A stretch of DNA of 64,000 nucleotides from Octopus sinensis. Lineage: Eukaryota. The translations under genes and the position numbers were made by a program. The stretch covers positions 184,574,001-184,638,000 of the forward strand of contig NC_042998.1 in the NCBI RefSeq assembly GCF_006345805.1, given 5' to 3'. The notes under the pieces were generated by a model that worked only from the letters and a program-made list of their open reading frames with translations, searched no databases and had not been told where the DNA came from. Shown here piece by piece: positions 40,261 to 54,495 of the stretch (within the stretch, counting starts at the first letter, position 1; each line of letters opens with the position of its first letter).

Positions 40261-40735
40261 CTGTTAAAAAACAAAATATTAAAAAACCATTTTATTTACT
40301 CATATAATACCGTCATATTTACAGTTGAATAGAAACGCTTATGTTTCTTGATTCGCCTGTTTAAAATTAAACTTCTTGGTCTTCCTTGATGTTTCTTTTC
40401 TTTTCAGTTCTATTTCTACGTAGCCAAAAATATCTCTCAGTTATTTGTTATATAAATAGGAGATTGTTTTGCAAAGAAAGTATTACTTAATCCTCTTTAA
40501 ATAGTTTATTAGTTGAATGATAAGAAAAGGTACAAAACATTTGGGTTAACGATTAATACTGCAACAATTAGCAACAAAGCAATTAAGTATATAAATTACT
40601 GTAAAAGATAAAAAATAAGAACAAATTATGAAATACTAAACGAACAGACTCACATGTCTTCATCTAAGTTCATAAATACATGACATACGCATGAATACAC
40701 ATATTCTTCCGATTTTCCATGCATTTGCACGCTTT

Positions 40736-41811
40736 TGCACGTTTTTGTGCATGAAGCTTCATGAGTTTATCATATGTGATAAGGTTTGTAAGAAAATAAA
40801 AAGACGGGCAAGAAACTTAACACTATGGATCAAAGATGGACATATATGTGTGTATATATATATGCATACATAAGTACATATATAAATATATGAGCATATA
40901 TATATACTTTCGGTACAAATTTATTTTTCTCTACGGTGCAGAGTTTACAATCCTGTAAATAATAATAATGGTATTTTTTTTACTATAAGCTTAAAGCTTA
41001 TGGCGATCAGCGTGCAATGACTCAAGGAAAATAATCAAATAAAGTGGCATATAAGCCCTCGACAGTAAAAAGAAGGCTTTCCAATCCCACGCGGAGAGGA
41101 AGGCCTTTTTTCTGTTGAGGGCTTATATGCCCCTTTATTAGACTATTTTCCTTAGTCATTGCACGGTGATCGCCATAACCTTTAAGCATACATACATACA
41201 TACATACATACATACATACATACATACATACATACATACATACATACATACATACATACATACATACATAGGGAGAGTTCACGAAAAAACAAAAGACGAA
41301 GACAGGTGGTGTATAAAACAAACAGATGAATTAGTATAACGCTCAGGAAATTGAAAAAGTCTTTTACGTTTCGAGCCTACGCTCTTCTACAGAAAGGGAC
41401 ACAAAAAAAAAAAAAATAAGGAGAGAAAAAATGCGTGTAGTGGCTACCGATCTATCATGATATATGTTAGTGAATTGGATGGACGGAGTCTATATGGGCA
41501 GTCAGTCGGTTGGATTGCCATACACTAGGTCACGGCGAGGACTATATTGTAAGTACATGTGTCTGAATGGTCATCTACATGTAACCTGATTCAATGAGCA
41601 GGTAATTAATCATCAGCGAAACCAACGAAAGTCCATTTACTATTCCAAGGAATGGATAAACGGATTTATGTTTTAGTAGTAATGGTCAGTCTATTTAGCG
41701 TTATGATTTATTCAGCTAAAAACTCTACATTCGCTATTAAGTACTTTTTAGACATTGCTGTTGCCCATTTGTACAGTGTACCACAATTATTTCCCGTATA
41801 TATATATATAT

Positions 41812-41851
<40 letters not shown>

Positions 41852-41859
41852 TATGTGTG

Positions 41860-41891
<32 letters not shown>

Positions 41892-41960
41892 CTATATATA
41901 TTTTTCCTTATTAGTGTCCTGAAAACTCACAGCCTTGGCTTTGTTATCGCATTTTGTCTA

Positions 41961-41996
<36 letters not shown>

Positions 41997-43742
41997 GAAT
42001 ACCTGTATATTATGAAAATATATACATAATATACATATAAATGCATATATAATGGATCATGTATCTTTGTGTGCGTATGTGTGTGTGAGTGTCTATATAT
42101 ATGTGTGTATACATACACACACACATATATGTATATATATATACATATATACATACAAACATAATACATACAGATATACGCATATACGCACACAAGCACA
42201 CACACAGACAGACATATCTATATGTACGCATATATAAACACGAACATCATCAAGATCATATATTAGTATTTATACTTGAATATCTGTTACATCAGAGTGT
42301 GTACTTGTGTCTGCTTCTTACCTTTCTTCAAGTACATGACAGTATTTATATATCTGCGTGTGTATTGAGTGTTCCCCAGTGTTTATGTGTAATTCTGTCT
42401 CTACGCGTGTGGGTACGAGACCAAATAATTACACATATACTGTCACACTAAAAAGCAGTATACTTGCCTCCTTAATACCCTGCTTAGACTTGCATAAATG
42501 CCCATCCTCACCTCTATAACTCTCATGCACACACTCAAACATATCTACATCTACACTCATTGGGATATAATTGACTTGGTTGATAGTGTAAACACACAAA
42601 TATTATTTACGTAGTAGTATATTTACATTTGCATATATACACAGCGATATTTCTTCTAGCCAATAACAGTGGGAGCACCTGCAGGCCCGCTCCACTTTCT
42701 AGAAAGAGCAGCCATGACTATTTCAAATTACACTGTTTCATGTTTCTTTCTCTTTAAAAAAAATTAGAAAATAGAAAGGAACGACGATGTCTGAAAAGTT
42801 GAGATGGTAATGCCTGGAAAGTGTTCGAACATGGACCTGATCGATCAAGATCGATCGATCTCTGAAGCTAAATGACATACTGGTATAATTTCTAAGATAG
42901 AAAACTGCATGCTGGTTGGATCGTTTGCACGTCGGGCAGAATACTTAGTGACATTTCGTCAATCCTTACGTTCTGAGTTAAAATTCTACCAAGGTCGACT
43001 TTGCTCTTTATCCTTTCGCGGTCGATAAAATAAGTATCAGTTGATTTCCCCGAAATTGCTAGACTTGTGCCAACATTTGAAACCAATATATCTAAGATAC
43101 AACGCTCACACAACCTCTCTTTCTCTTTCTCTCTCTCTCACTTACACACACGCATGTGAGCACATGCACCATCCCCTCACACGCAGATACATACGGACTC
43201 AAATCTACAGACATACACACACACATATAAAAACATGCGCGCACACGAAGGGACAAGTACACATATAAACATAGACTGCACTGTTAAACCAACCTTATTT
43301 ACCAAATGTACTCAAACATGAGTGGTCTCACTTAAACCATCGCACACATGTTGACATTAGAAACTCTATCTCTCTCTGTTTTTGTCTGTCTGTCTGTCTG
43401 TCTGTGTCTCTCTCAAATACACACACACATACATACACCAGCGCGTTGCACTCACCCAGACATTGCAATACAAAAACCATTTACACAGAAACAAATTTAC
43501 CACCAATTCAACACACGCATGCGCGTCGGCATAATCAAAACCATAAGTGTTCATTCATGCACGTTTTTGTGCATGGAGCTTCATAAGTTTATTGTATATT
43601 ATCATATGTGATATGGTTTGTAAGAAAAATAAAAATGGGCAAGAAACATAACACAATGGATCAAAGATGGATATATATGTGTACATATATATGCATACAT
43701 AAGTACATATATAAATATATGAGCATAGAAAGTATACCGAAA

Positions 43743-43795
<53 letters not shown>

Positions 43796-43861
43796 ATATA
43801 TATACTTTCGGTACGATGTTTTTTTTTATACGGTGCCGAGTTTACAATCCTGTAAATAATA
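40736..43861 (+). repeat. Direct repeat pair 40736-40964 / 43558-43861
   Basis: tgcacgtttttgtgcatg...ggatcaaagatgga...catacataagtacatatataaatatatgagcata...tactttcggtac...gagtttacaatcctgtaaataata is present twice. The second copy has an expanded (TA)n. Confidence 0.85.
41361..41396 (-). ncRNA. Minimal hammerhead-like motif, same family as 7576-7611
   Basis: Minus strand reads CUUU-CUGUAGA-A-GAGC-guag-GCUC-GAAAC-GUA-AAAG. The core is CUGUAGA instead of CUGANGA. The flank (gagcgt..ctaat..cat) resembles 7620-7650. Confidence 0.5.
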
Positions 43862-43862
43862 C

Positions 43863-44692
43863 ATACAGTCGAAATGAATAAGTCGATATGGTGTATATAG
43901 TACACTAAATTTTAACATCCTAGCTCACTTCCGCTGTTTACAACAGTGCTTGGAAGAAAGGTGTGTAGCGTGTGATCGTCGCATTGGCCATGACAGAGAA
44001 AATTGCCATGGTGATGCCCGCTCAGAGGCCTATGCAAAGTTGCAGAAAGTATATGGAGAGGAGTTTATGAGCCGCACACAAGTGTACGAGTGGTTCAGAC
44101 GTTTCCAAGATAGCCGAATAAATGTCGATATTGACGAGCGTTCTGCGAGACCAAAAACCAGCAGAACTGAGAAAAAAGCATCGCAGATATGCGTGCAGCT
44201 GTGAGGAGAAATCGTCGAACCACCACACGTGAGTTATCAGAGGATGTGCAGATTAGTTAGGGTTCAGTTCAGTCCATTATCAATGAAAATTTGGGCATGA
44301 GACACGTGTCTGTCAAGTTTGTATCAAAACTGGTTTCTTCTGACCAAAAAGACACTCGGGTTTTAGTTGCACAAGATCTCCTTGATTGTTTTCGAGAACT
44401 ATGAAAACTTTTTTGAAACTTTGCGTTGGCCTCTGAGCAGGTATCGCCAACCTTTTTGGCGAAATTTGATGTAGATTCTCTTCTCAACTTTCTCTGTTAG
44501 GGTCAATGTGACGATCACACGGTACACGCGTTCTTTCCAGGCACTGCTGCAAACAGCGGAAGAGTTAGAAGGTTAAAACTTAGTGTGTAGGCACAGCAGA
44601 ATTCAAAGTCAATTTGTGTCAAGCGGCTTCGCTCTCTTTCCTTTAGCGTGGTTACTATGGCAACAGTCCGGATACTTATTGATCAGACCAGT

Positions 44693-44695
<3 letters not shown>
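43863..44695 (+). mobile_element. Rearranged mariner-family element: transposase N-terminal HTH plus an inverted second 5' end
   Basis: SEAYAKLQKVYGEEFMSRTQVYEWFRRFQDSRINVDIDERSARPKTS...RRNRRTTTRELSEDVQIS*GSVQSIINENLGMRHVSVKFV is mariner-like. 43902-44050 is repeated inverted at 44401-44587. A mariner-type TIR (minus strand TAcactggtctgatcaataagtatccggac) ends at the TA at 44694-44695. Confidence 0.85.
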
Positions 44696-44750
<55 letters not shown>

Positions 44751-45586
44751 GTATATATATATATATAAGTAGGTAGGTAGATAAACAGAAAGAGAAATAG
44801 AGTGAGAGGCGAAAGAGAACGAGAGTCATTTGATATGCAGTGTGGCATGAGGAATTTATTGCGAAATATCCATTAGGAAATAACTACTGGCTTTTATAAA
44901 GTATGATTATGGTGCTGGTATGAGGATTAAGGGGAGCATTGATTTGGTGTAGAATCATAAGGTTGTGTGTGAGACATTTTCAATTAAGCATATTTTCCTG
45001 TCTTCTGTAACACAGGTACGGTGAAACTTCTGAACGAAGAAAGTTGAGATATTGTCAAGATATTTTTTTTTACTGCCAAGGCAAATGCTTCAGGTCAATG
45101 AATATTTCATCTTTAAAAGCAGAAACAACAACTGCCACAACAACAACAACAACAACAACAACAACGAAACAAAACAAAAAAGTCGAACAAAAACAGTATA
45201 CTAATCAGTATATACACACTCGACTATCTAAATATTTCGCTCAAACATGAAAGATTCAAAAGAGGCTTAAGGAAGCTGGAAATCATCCATGTATCTCAAG
45301 ACATGTAATTTCGCTAAGATGTCAGCATACAACGAAACAAACAATTCTTTACATTTACACTTGGTTTCACAAAGAGAGAACGCCAATAATGTTGCAAACA
45401 ACTTAAGAGTCAATATTTGAATATTACCAAACTTAAAGACAATATGGTTTCGGCAGAGTAAATAATTACATACATACATAAACATTCTTACACCCATTAC
45501 ACACAAATTCACATATATATTCATATATATGCATATTCATATTCTACATATAATGTACATAGATATATATATATTATATATATATA

Positions 45587-45634
<48 letters not shown>

Positions 45635-47082
45635 TATATATTATATATATATATATATATATTTATGTATGTATGTATGTATTGTATGTATGTATGTATG
45701 TATATATATATATATATAAATCCATACATACCCGCATATATGTTTACGGAAACATATACATAGCTACACATATGGAATGTTTACATGGTATACAACCTTA
45801 TGTATTTACATGTGCGCATACATTTGTTTATTCACACACATTTACGCACACACACACACTCACGCACACATACATCACACCCATACATTTCTCTATTTGT
45901 GCTCGTGTGTGTATGCATACATGTATGTATGTATGTATGTATGTATGTATGAAGATATGCATGTACAGGTACTTGTGTGTTTGTGTATGTGTAAACATAA
46001 ATTTTCTCATGTATGCATACGCATACGCACAGACAAACACTTAGGCATACACAAAAACACACACATACACATATACATACACATATTCTTACAAGACTGT
46101 TCGTTTAAATACATGCTTTTTATGCAAATAAATGTACACAGGTTTTAGATTATATCTTCAAATATCAGACTTCTATCAAGTTTTCACGGCAACATACTTC
46201 CCAAAACACCAGTTTTATTTACTTTTGAAGCGAAAACGAATAAATCAATCAATAACTAAACAAAACACTACAAAACATAATATAGTGAGTAAATAGGCAT
46301 AACAAGAAGGGAAAATCTGGGCTTTAAACATTTACATGTCAAGATTTCTTTACAAATCTATATAAATTATGTACTCCAGCATGGTCACAGCTAAAAGTTT
46401 AAATCAGCCGGATAGAAGAAAGCTGTGTACACTTACAACTACATACAGACATGCATACATACATACATACATACATACATACATACATACATACATACAT
46501 ACATACGTACGTACGTACATACATACATACATACATACATACATACATACATACATACATACATACATACATACATACATACATACATACATTACATACA
46601 TATAATTTCCGAGTATTAACTTTCTGAATTTTAACTTTACGTAGAGGTCGAAAGTGGACGTCATGCAAATGGCGCTAGTTCTGCGCAGGCTGCCACAAAG
46701 TCGCCGAATTGTCTAGGTTGTTACATCTGGCGTCTCTGATTGTGATGGTGGCAAGTCTTGGTGTAACCCTTGCGAAGAATAAAGTGTAAAATGGTTGGAT
46801 ACCACAATGCAGACAACGTAGAGTTTGTTACTTATTTTATGTGCATTGTTTTCAAATAAATAGGAGTTCAAATATTTTCTGCTGTCTCTGTTGATGTCAT
46901 CCAGATAAGGTAATAAGAACTTAATTCTGTAACGTATCCCTCCCCTTAAATATTCTATTTTTATGTACAAATACATAATCAGAAACTGCAAACAGATCCT
47001 TTTCAGAATAAGAATTCTTGACATATTTCGTTTTGGGATTTGGTTTGCAAAATTCTTTATGTGAATTCGTGTGTTGAAGCAT

Positions 47083-47480
47083 ATTCCGTTGTGTCTGGGG
47101 AGAATCATTCTCTTTTGGTACCTTATAATTTAACACACTCACCAATGATAACTGCATGGCATGTAGGATTAGCCATGGTATTAACTGTAGAACTCGAAAT
47201 AAGATGCATAGAAGATGCTTGTAATGACATGAACATGACACACATAGGGAGACATCTAGGAGCATTGCGGAACGACTAAATGAACATTTGAGACAATATG
47301 ACAAAAAGCAGTTTTCCATACTCTACCAACATGCCAAGGATCAACATGAGGTAACCTGGGTCAACTTGACATCCACATCTTATCCAAGATAAAAAAGAAA
47401 TAAGTGGAAATTTTCCGGTGACTGTATTAAATTTTAAGGCACCAAAAGGGAGATGGACTCTCCCCAGACACAACAGAATT
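47083..47480. mobile_element. MITE-like element with ~60-bp imperfect inverted ends
   Basis: 47083-47143 (attccgttgtgtctggggagaatcattctcttttggtaccttataatttaacacactcacc) is inverted at 47417-47480. Confidence 0.55.
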
Positions 47481-48366
47481 CTTGACATAGACTTTTAGAT
47501 ATCCTTGGCCCTGTCTTTTTAGCCATAAACAGGTGTTTTATCGCAAAGCAGTACGGTAATGTTGATGCTTAGTCTCAGGTCAGCCATGACTGAGGTGACC
47601 TATGATCAAAGTGCTTAAACGGAGATTTTCATTTTGATAAAGGCTAATGTTAAAAGTATAGTGTATACCTTTTAAAAATGCATAATATATTCGTACACAC
47701 ATAGGTCTCTTTCCATTTTCAAGACAGTAGGCTATGATTTCGGGGAGGCGGCTATGTTGAAATCCTCTCTTTGGCTCGGTATTGCTCTGGAGTAATGTAT
47801 AATTAATTGAAAAGAATTTCCGTTATATTGTAATGCTAATTTAAAATCCTGCTATGGCTAAACCCCATGATCTTTAAAAAGCTCTATTTAGGAGTAAAGG
47901 AGTTTTTGTTTCATAATTCAACACGTACGATCACTGAGATAAAGCTTTAAGATGCAAATTCATTCTATTAACTACATTATTGGTTATTAAGAAGGCGAGG
48001 AAGAGACTACAACTTGTGTATTGTATTTTCTGCTGTTTAAAACAGAGTTGCGCAAAAGGAGGATTCCTCAACCAGCATGGACTCTACGACCGTGAAACTT
48101 AATTCAAATGTTGCCAAAAGTGTTGACGCAGCTGAATATATGAGATAGATTCGGAAGGACAGAATTAATTATGATTTTTCTATTCTTATAATAGTTTACA
48201 TGTTTCTGGGACACGATATTCAGCAGTATTTAGCCGAGTATTTAATCCAGTACTAATTTTATCAATCGTTTTTTTTTTTATTGAAAGAGCCAAGTGACGT
48301 TAATATCTAGAACCAAGAGACGTTGATCACTAACTTAATTACTACTAGAAATTTTGAACGGTTCAC

Positions 48367-48408
<42 letters not shown>

Positions 48409-48967
48409 GCTTGCACGCACACATGAGGAGCTTCTAGATTTTATTCCCATGGATTAGTTAATTGTAGTTCAAGATATTTGTCAAATGCGCAATGCATTGG
48501 GGATTGAAAGCAGAAGCAAGTGAAAATAAAACGAACTTCCTTCATTTCTGTACCTGATACCCAGACATGTTAAAAATAGTGTTGCTTGATGATACAAAAG
48601 TGTAACATTTACGCCCCTCACCGGCTCAGACGGATTGATGTTGTCACGGAGGTATGATAAAGAGAGATACGTTACCAGTAACAGATATGACACTAGTTGA
48701 ATGTAGGCTAAATTGCTCCGATAATTTATTCATCCTATTAATCTTTTATTCATTTCAATCGCTGGACTGCAGCAATACTGTGGCATCGCATTCAAGAATT
48801 CTTTACAGTCGATCAGAACGATTCTAGTATTTATTTAAGTCTGCTATTGTTTCCTTCGTTTCCTTTTCTGATGTAAATCTGAGAAACGATGTTGCAAATT
48901 ACCTACGCTGGTCTTTAAGCGGTGAGAGACAAATACAAACACGAACGGACAAACATGTATATATATA

Positions 48968-49201
48968 TTTTTTTCTTTACTGCCCACAAGGGGCTAAACA
49001 TAGAGGGGACAAACAAGGACAGACAAAGTGATTAAGTCGATTACATCGACTCCAGTGCGTAACTGGTACTTAATTTATCGACCCCGAAAGGATGAAAGGT
49101 AAAGTCGACCTCGGCGGAATTTGAACTCGGAACGTAACGACAGACGAAATACGGCTACGCATTTCGCCCGGCGTGCTAACGTTTCTGCCAGCTCGCCGCC
49201 T
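48968..49201 (-). mobile_element. tRNA-headed SINE, family B, full length
   Basis: Minus strand reads ggcggcgagctggcagaaacgttagcacgccgggcg...gagttcaaattccgccgaggtcgac...ccccttgtgggcagtaaagaaa, with Pol III A/B-box-like motifs. Confidence 0.85.
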
Positions 49202-49756
49202 AATATATATACACATATGATAGACACTGGTGGGCCCAAATCTCTAGCAGAAAAAATTCCCAAAGTGCCATAAAGTGGTTACGCGAATAAAAAGCCATGT
49301 CTGTGTCTATTTCTGTAAATTATCTGGTGGATTCAACCGTCTGAAAGCCGTCGACAGATCAGGTAGTCGCTGACTATCTTACTCGTGAAGTAAGCGGTGA
49401 ATTTTATCTGACACAAACGCTGTAATTCGAAACCAGGATAAGTTGATACTTAATGGTTGTTATTTATATAATAATGCTGTTGAAGTTTGCAGTAGAGACA
49501 TTATTAATGTCCCCTGATAACCCGCCCCACGAACCCTACATGATTCAGCGTTTATGAAAACGGAAGAATACATTTTAAGTGTGTCAATGTCGTTATATTC
49601 AATTCGATATTTACATAACGCAGCAGTATTTATGACATTTCGTATTCATGAGCTTCAAGGCAGTGCCCCAGGATGGCTGCAGTCAAGTAAAAGATAAAAG
49701 ACAAGAGCTATATATATATATAATATATATATATATATATAATATATATATATATA

Positions 49757-49788
<32 letters not shown>

Positions 49789-49804
49789 ATATATATATAT
49801 ATGT

Positions 49805-49974
49805 AGGCGTAGGAGTAGCTGTGTGCTAAGAAGCTTGCTTCCCAACCACATCGTTCCAGGTTCAGTTCCACTGCGTGGCACCATGAGCAAGTGTCTCTTA
49901 CTATAGCCTTGGGCTGACCAAAGCCAAAGCCTTGTGAGTAGATTTGGTAGACAGAAACTGAAAGAAGCCCGTCG

Positions 49975-50051
<77 letters not shown>

Positions 50052-50328
50052 GGTATATATATATATATATACACACACACATACAATATTTATATATGTA
50101 TATATTTGTGTGTTTGTGTCAGTGTTTGTTCCCCCGCCATTGCTTGACAACCGATGCTGGTGTGTCTACATCTTCGTAACTTAGCGGTTCGGCAAAAGAA
50201 ACCGATGGAATAAGTACCAGGCTTACAAATAATATGTCCAAGAGTAGAGTTCTTCGACTAAAAGGCGGTGGTCCAGCATGGTCACAATCAAAATGACTGA
50301 AACAGTTAGAAGGATAAAAGAATAAAAG
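49805..50328 (+). mobile_element. SINE family A, full length, with expanded internal (TA)n
   Basis: Colinear with 26189-26572. The internal microsatellite spans about 49975-50105. Confidence 0.85.
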
Positions 50329-50893
50329 TATGTATGTATATATACGTGTATATACGCATATGTATTACACACGCACACATACACAATGTAACACCAGCAC
50401 AAACGCTTATAGAGATACACGCACACATACTGACAAACAGATTGACAAACAGAAACAGATAGGTAGGCACACAGATAGATAGAAACATATATAGGTAGAC
50501 AGTAAGATAGATAAATAATTATCTACACAGATCAGATAAATCGATGTATACATATTTGTCTAAGGGTGTATATTTACATGTCTGTCGTAAAGAATGTTGG
50601 TAAATGAGAGTCATGACATGTGTATCTAGAAATATATGTGTGAAATATATGTGTGAAAAGCACGGATAACTATGCATGAATATAGTCATATATAATTATA
50701 AATAGAACCACAACCGCACGTATATCCTTTTACCTTTTCTTTGTTTTAGTCATGGAGAATTTTTAGTCGAATAAATCGACTCCGATACTTATTTTTTAGA
50801 AGCCTAGTACTTATCAGTTCTTTTGTAGAACCGCTAAGTTACGGGGGATGTGAACACACTAACACCGGTTGTAAAGCGGTGGTAGGAAGAAAA

Positions 50894-50940
<47 letters not shown>

Positions 50941-50967
50941 CGACGAGTGTGTCTGTGCGTTTCATAT

Positions 50968-51080
<113 letters not shown>

Positions 51081-51394
51081 TGTGTGTCTATATGTGAGTG
51101 AAAGTGAGATATAGGAAGATTGCAAATCCAAAGCGTAAGCTGGAAGTAAATATAAATAAAATGTATCTTTTAATGTGGACATTACCGAGATGGTATCGAT
51201 GTAAAAAAAAAAAAAGCGAGCGTGCTAGATTCTGAAATCATTCTGCACGAGATAACTGTAAGCCATGTTGTTTCTGCAGAGAACAACTGCTCTCAGCTAT
51301 CACCAGTATGACAGCCAAACAATATTAATCTAACTGGAAATTTAAGTATAATTCAACGATACTATACATGACCAAGTACTGCAATAGTTTCTGA

Positions 51395-51650
51395 TTCAAG
51401 AGCTCAGAGCTATTTAGCTCCTTGCCAAAACATCTGACAGATCTCCATGGAGTGGGATGTTTTCAAGAAACAACTTGACCTCTTGCTCTCCAAGATCCCA
51501 GATAAACCAATATCAAGACAGAAAACCCAAAAGAGGGCAGTGGTATCGAACTCCCACTTACACCAAAAGCCAATCCCATAGAATTGGCCAATTAAAAGGT
51601 GATTACACTGGCGGTGCTCCAGCATGGCTGCAGCCACAGGCTGAAACATA
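51395..51650 (+). mobile_element. CR1/L2-superfamily LINE 3' end fragment
   Basis: LFSSLPKHLTDLHGV/VFKKQLDLLLSKIPDKP is a typical CR1-like ORF2 C-terminus. It is followed by a tail ggcggtgctccagcatggctgcag...ctgaaac (51610-51648). Confidence 0.75.
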
Positions 51651-52592
51651 TGAATGGATCGAAAATGGTCTGAATTGAACAACTGAATAAATGGAAGACG
51701 TTGAAGGCACAGGTTCTAATCCCAGGGGAGAATACAAGGAAGATATGCAGTGACTTAAATACGACAAATCTTGAAGGGCTCGCACCAAACTTCAGTAATA
51801 AGAAGCATACCACTCACCAAACTATTCGTCACTAAATTGTCCCAAATATTACGACCACATTTTGCAACAGCTTCGGGCTAAAAGGTTAGCAGGTTTTTAA
51901 TATCTTACCAAAGAAATTGAGAAGTTGAGATTTACTTCCTCGTGGAGTAGGAGTAAAGCTCAAGAAACGTTTGGAAAATCTACCTACGATCTCAGACCAA
52001 CTGACGCCACGGTAAGAAATGCTGCAATCGAGGGCAATAACATCAAACTCCTGCATTCAAGAAAAACTAATAATAAAAGAAAGGTTGTAAAAGCAGTAAC
52101 AGTTGTACAGGCTCCAGTATGTCGCAGCCCCCGGGCTCGAACAACTACAGTACAATAATGTCTGCTTATGCAAGCATATTAATGTTTAGTACCAGGTCAA
52201 ACGCGATCGACGAAATCTGCTGTTAAAGATTTCACATCTGAGACCAACGCATCTTAGTTTATATATTTTATGCTATGGACTACATTATCTAATGTGTCCT
52301 ATTGGATTTAAAATGGTACAGTTTGACTTTCGACGAAATCTGGCTACAATTTCTAATAGGTTGAGAGACCACGTTTAGGTTCTCTTTCCGCTATGTCTAT
52401 TTGTGTGTAGGTCAAGTACATCACAGTGTGTTCATGTTTATACACACGCGTGGAACCATGGGCAAGTATTTTCTATTATAGCCTCAGGTCGAGCAAAGCC
52501 TTGTGGGTGGATTTGGTTGAAGGAAACCATTGTATGTATGTATGTGTGTGTATATATAATATTATATATATATATATATTATATATTATATA

Positions 52593-52642
<50 letters not shown>

Positions 52643-52662
52643 CATAAATACATACATAATAC

Positions 52663-52695
<33 letters not shown>

Positions 52696-52710
52696 ATATA
52701 TATATGTATG

Positions 52711-52752
<42 letters not shown>

Positions 52753-53136
52753 TAAATATATATATGTATGAATGTATGTATATATATATATATATATATA
52801 ATATATATATATATATATTATATAATATATATATATATACACGCATGGCTTAGTGGTTAGACTGTTGCACTTACGATTGCGAGATTGTGGTTTCGATTCC
52901 CAGACCGGGTGTTGCGTTGTGTTCTTGAGCAAAGCACTTCATTTCACGTTGCTCTGCGATCATTTCATCATCTGACATGTGGCATATGGTGCACCTGTAC
53001 AAGTAATATCGACAATTTGACGGAAGAAGGGAGGCTATGTGAACACAAACATTTGATCACTATAAACGAATCATCCGTGTTGTTGTTCGGCAGAAAATTG
53101 CCGAACCCTCATACGTTTTCTACGACAGGAGAGTCC

Positions 53137-53245
<109 letters not shown>

Positions 53246-53246
53246 T

Positions 53247-53279
<33 letters not shown>

Positions 53280-53548
53280 CATACATACATACATACATAC
53301 ATACATCATACATACATATATATATGTGTGTATGTGTGTGCTTGTCATCCATCACCGCTTGGCAACCAGTGTTGGAGTATTTACGTCCCCGTAACTTAGT
53401 GATTCGGCAAAAGTGACCCATAGAATAAGCGCCAGGCTTTAAAAAGCAAGTACTGGCCTCTATACATTAACTAGAAGTCCATGATTGAAACAACTAAAAG
53501 GTAAAAGAAGATGAACGGTGTATGTATATATATATATTTGCATGTATA

Positions 53549-53640
<92 letters not shown>

Positions 53641-53758
53641 GTATGTATATATGCGTGTGTGTGTGTGGTATCAGTATTTATACTGATGAATTGGTTTAAA
53701 CACCTTTACAACATTCACACAATGAGCCATGGCATTAGCATCACCATCATCATCATCA

Positions 53759-53792
<34 letters not shown>

Positions 53793-54214
53793 CCCTCCTC
53801 CTCCTCATCACCATCTTTATCATCAACTGTAATGATAGCAGACCCACCACCACTACCACTACAACTACCACCGCGACTAGTACAAACAAGCAACAAACAT
53901 CAACGACAAAACGCACACATTGATATATAAATATGTGTATGATACAATGTAAATTGCCAACGTGTGGTTATTTTGCTCGAGGACGGACTAAATATATATG
54001 AATGCGTCGTTTCTACCATGTGTACCTATATCGCTGGTTGGTTAGTTTTGCCATAAGCACTTACAGCCAACCCCGACCCCTGTTGTGTTTGCTAACTGTC
54101 TTTTTCATTGTTCGTGCAAATACTTACTTGTCAAATGAAGTACTCGACCACAACTCTCACTACTAATACGGCAAACCACCACAAACCACAAACACCACGA
54201 TTAAACTTCAAGAT

Positions 54215-54456
54215 CATCATCATCATCACCACCACCTTCGTCTACGATGACGACGACAACGACGACGACGACTACCACCACGAATATCCTCATCATCTTC
54301 TTCGTTACCATCATCACCACTACCACCACCATCACCAACACCAACACCATCTCCACCATCTCATCTTTATCGACATCATGGTCGCGCTTGTCACCATCAC
54401 TATCATTATCGTCATCATCATCGTCACCGTCGTCGTCGTCATCGTCATCGTCATCG

Positions 54457-54495
<39 letters not shown>

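Noticed and set aside
46713-47319. Two overlapping non-repetitive minus-strand ORFs (131 and 132 aa)
   Set aside because: Alternative start codons, no recognisable domain, and overlap with a MITE-like element.
48481-48693. ORF with a GTGAG donor as a possible Lmx1 exon 1
   Set aside because: The donor would be phase 0, but the LIM1 exon needs phase 1, and there is no Lmx-like sequence.
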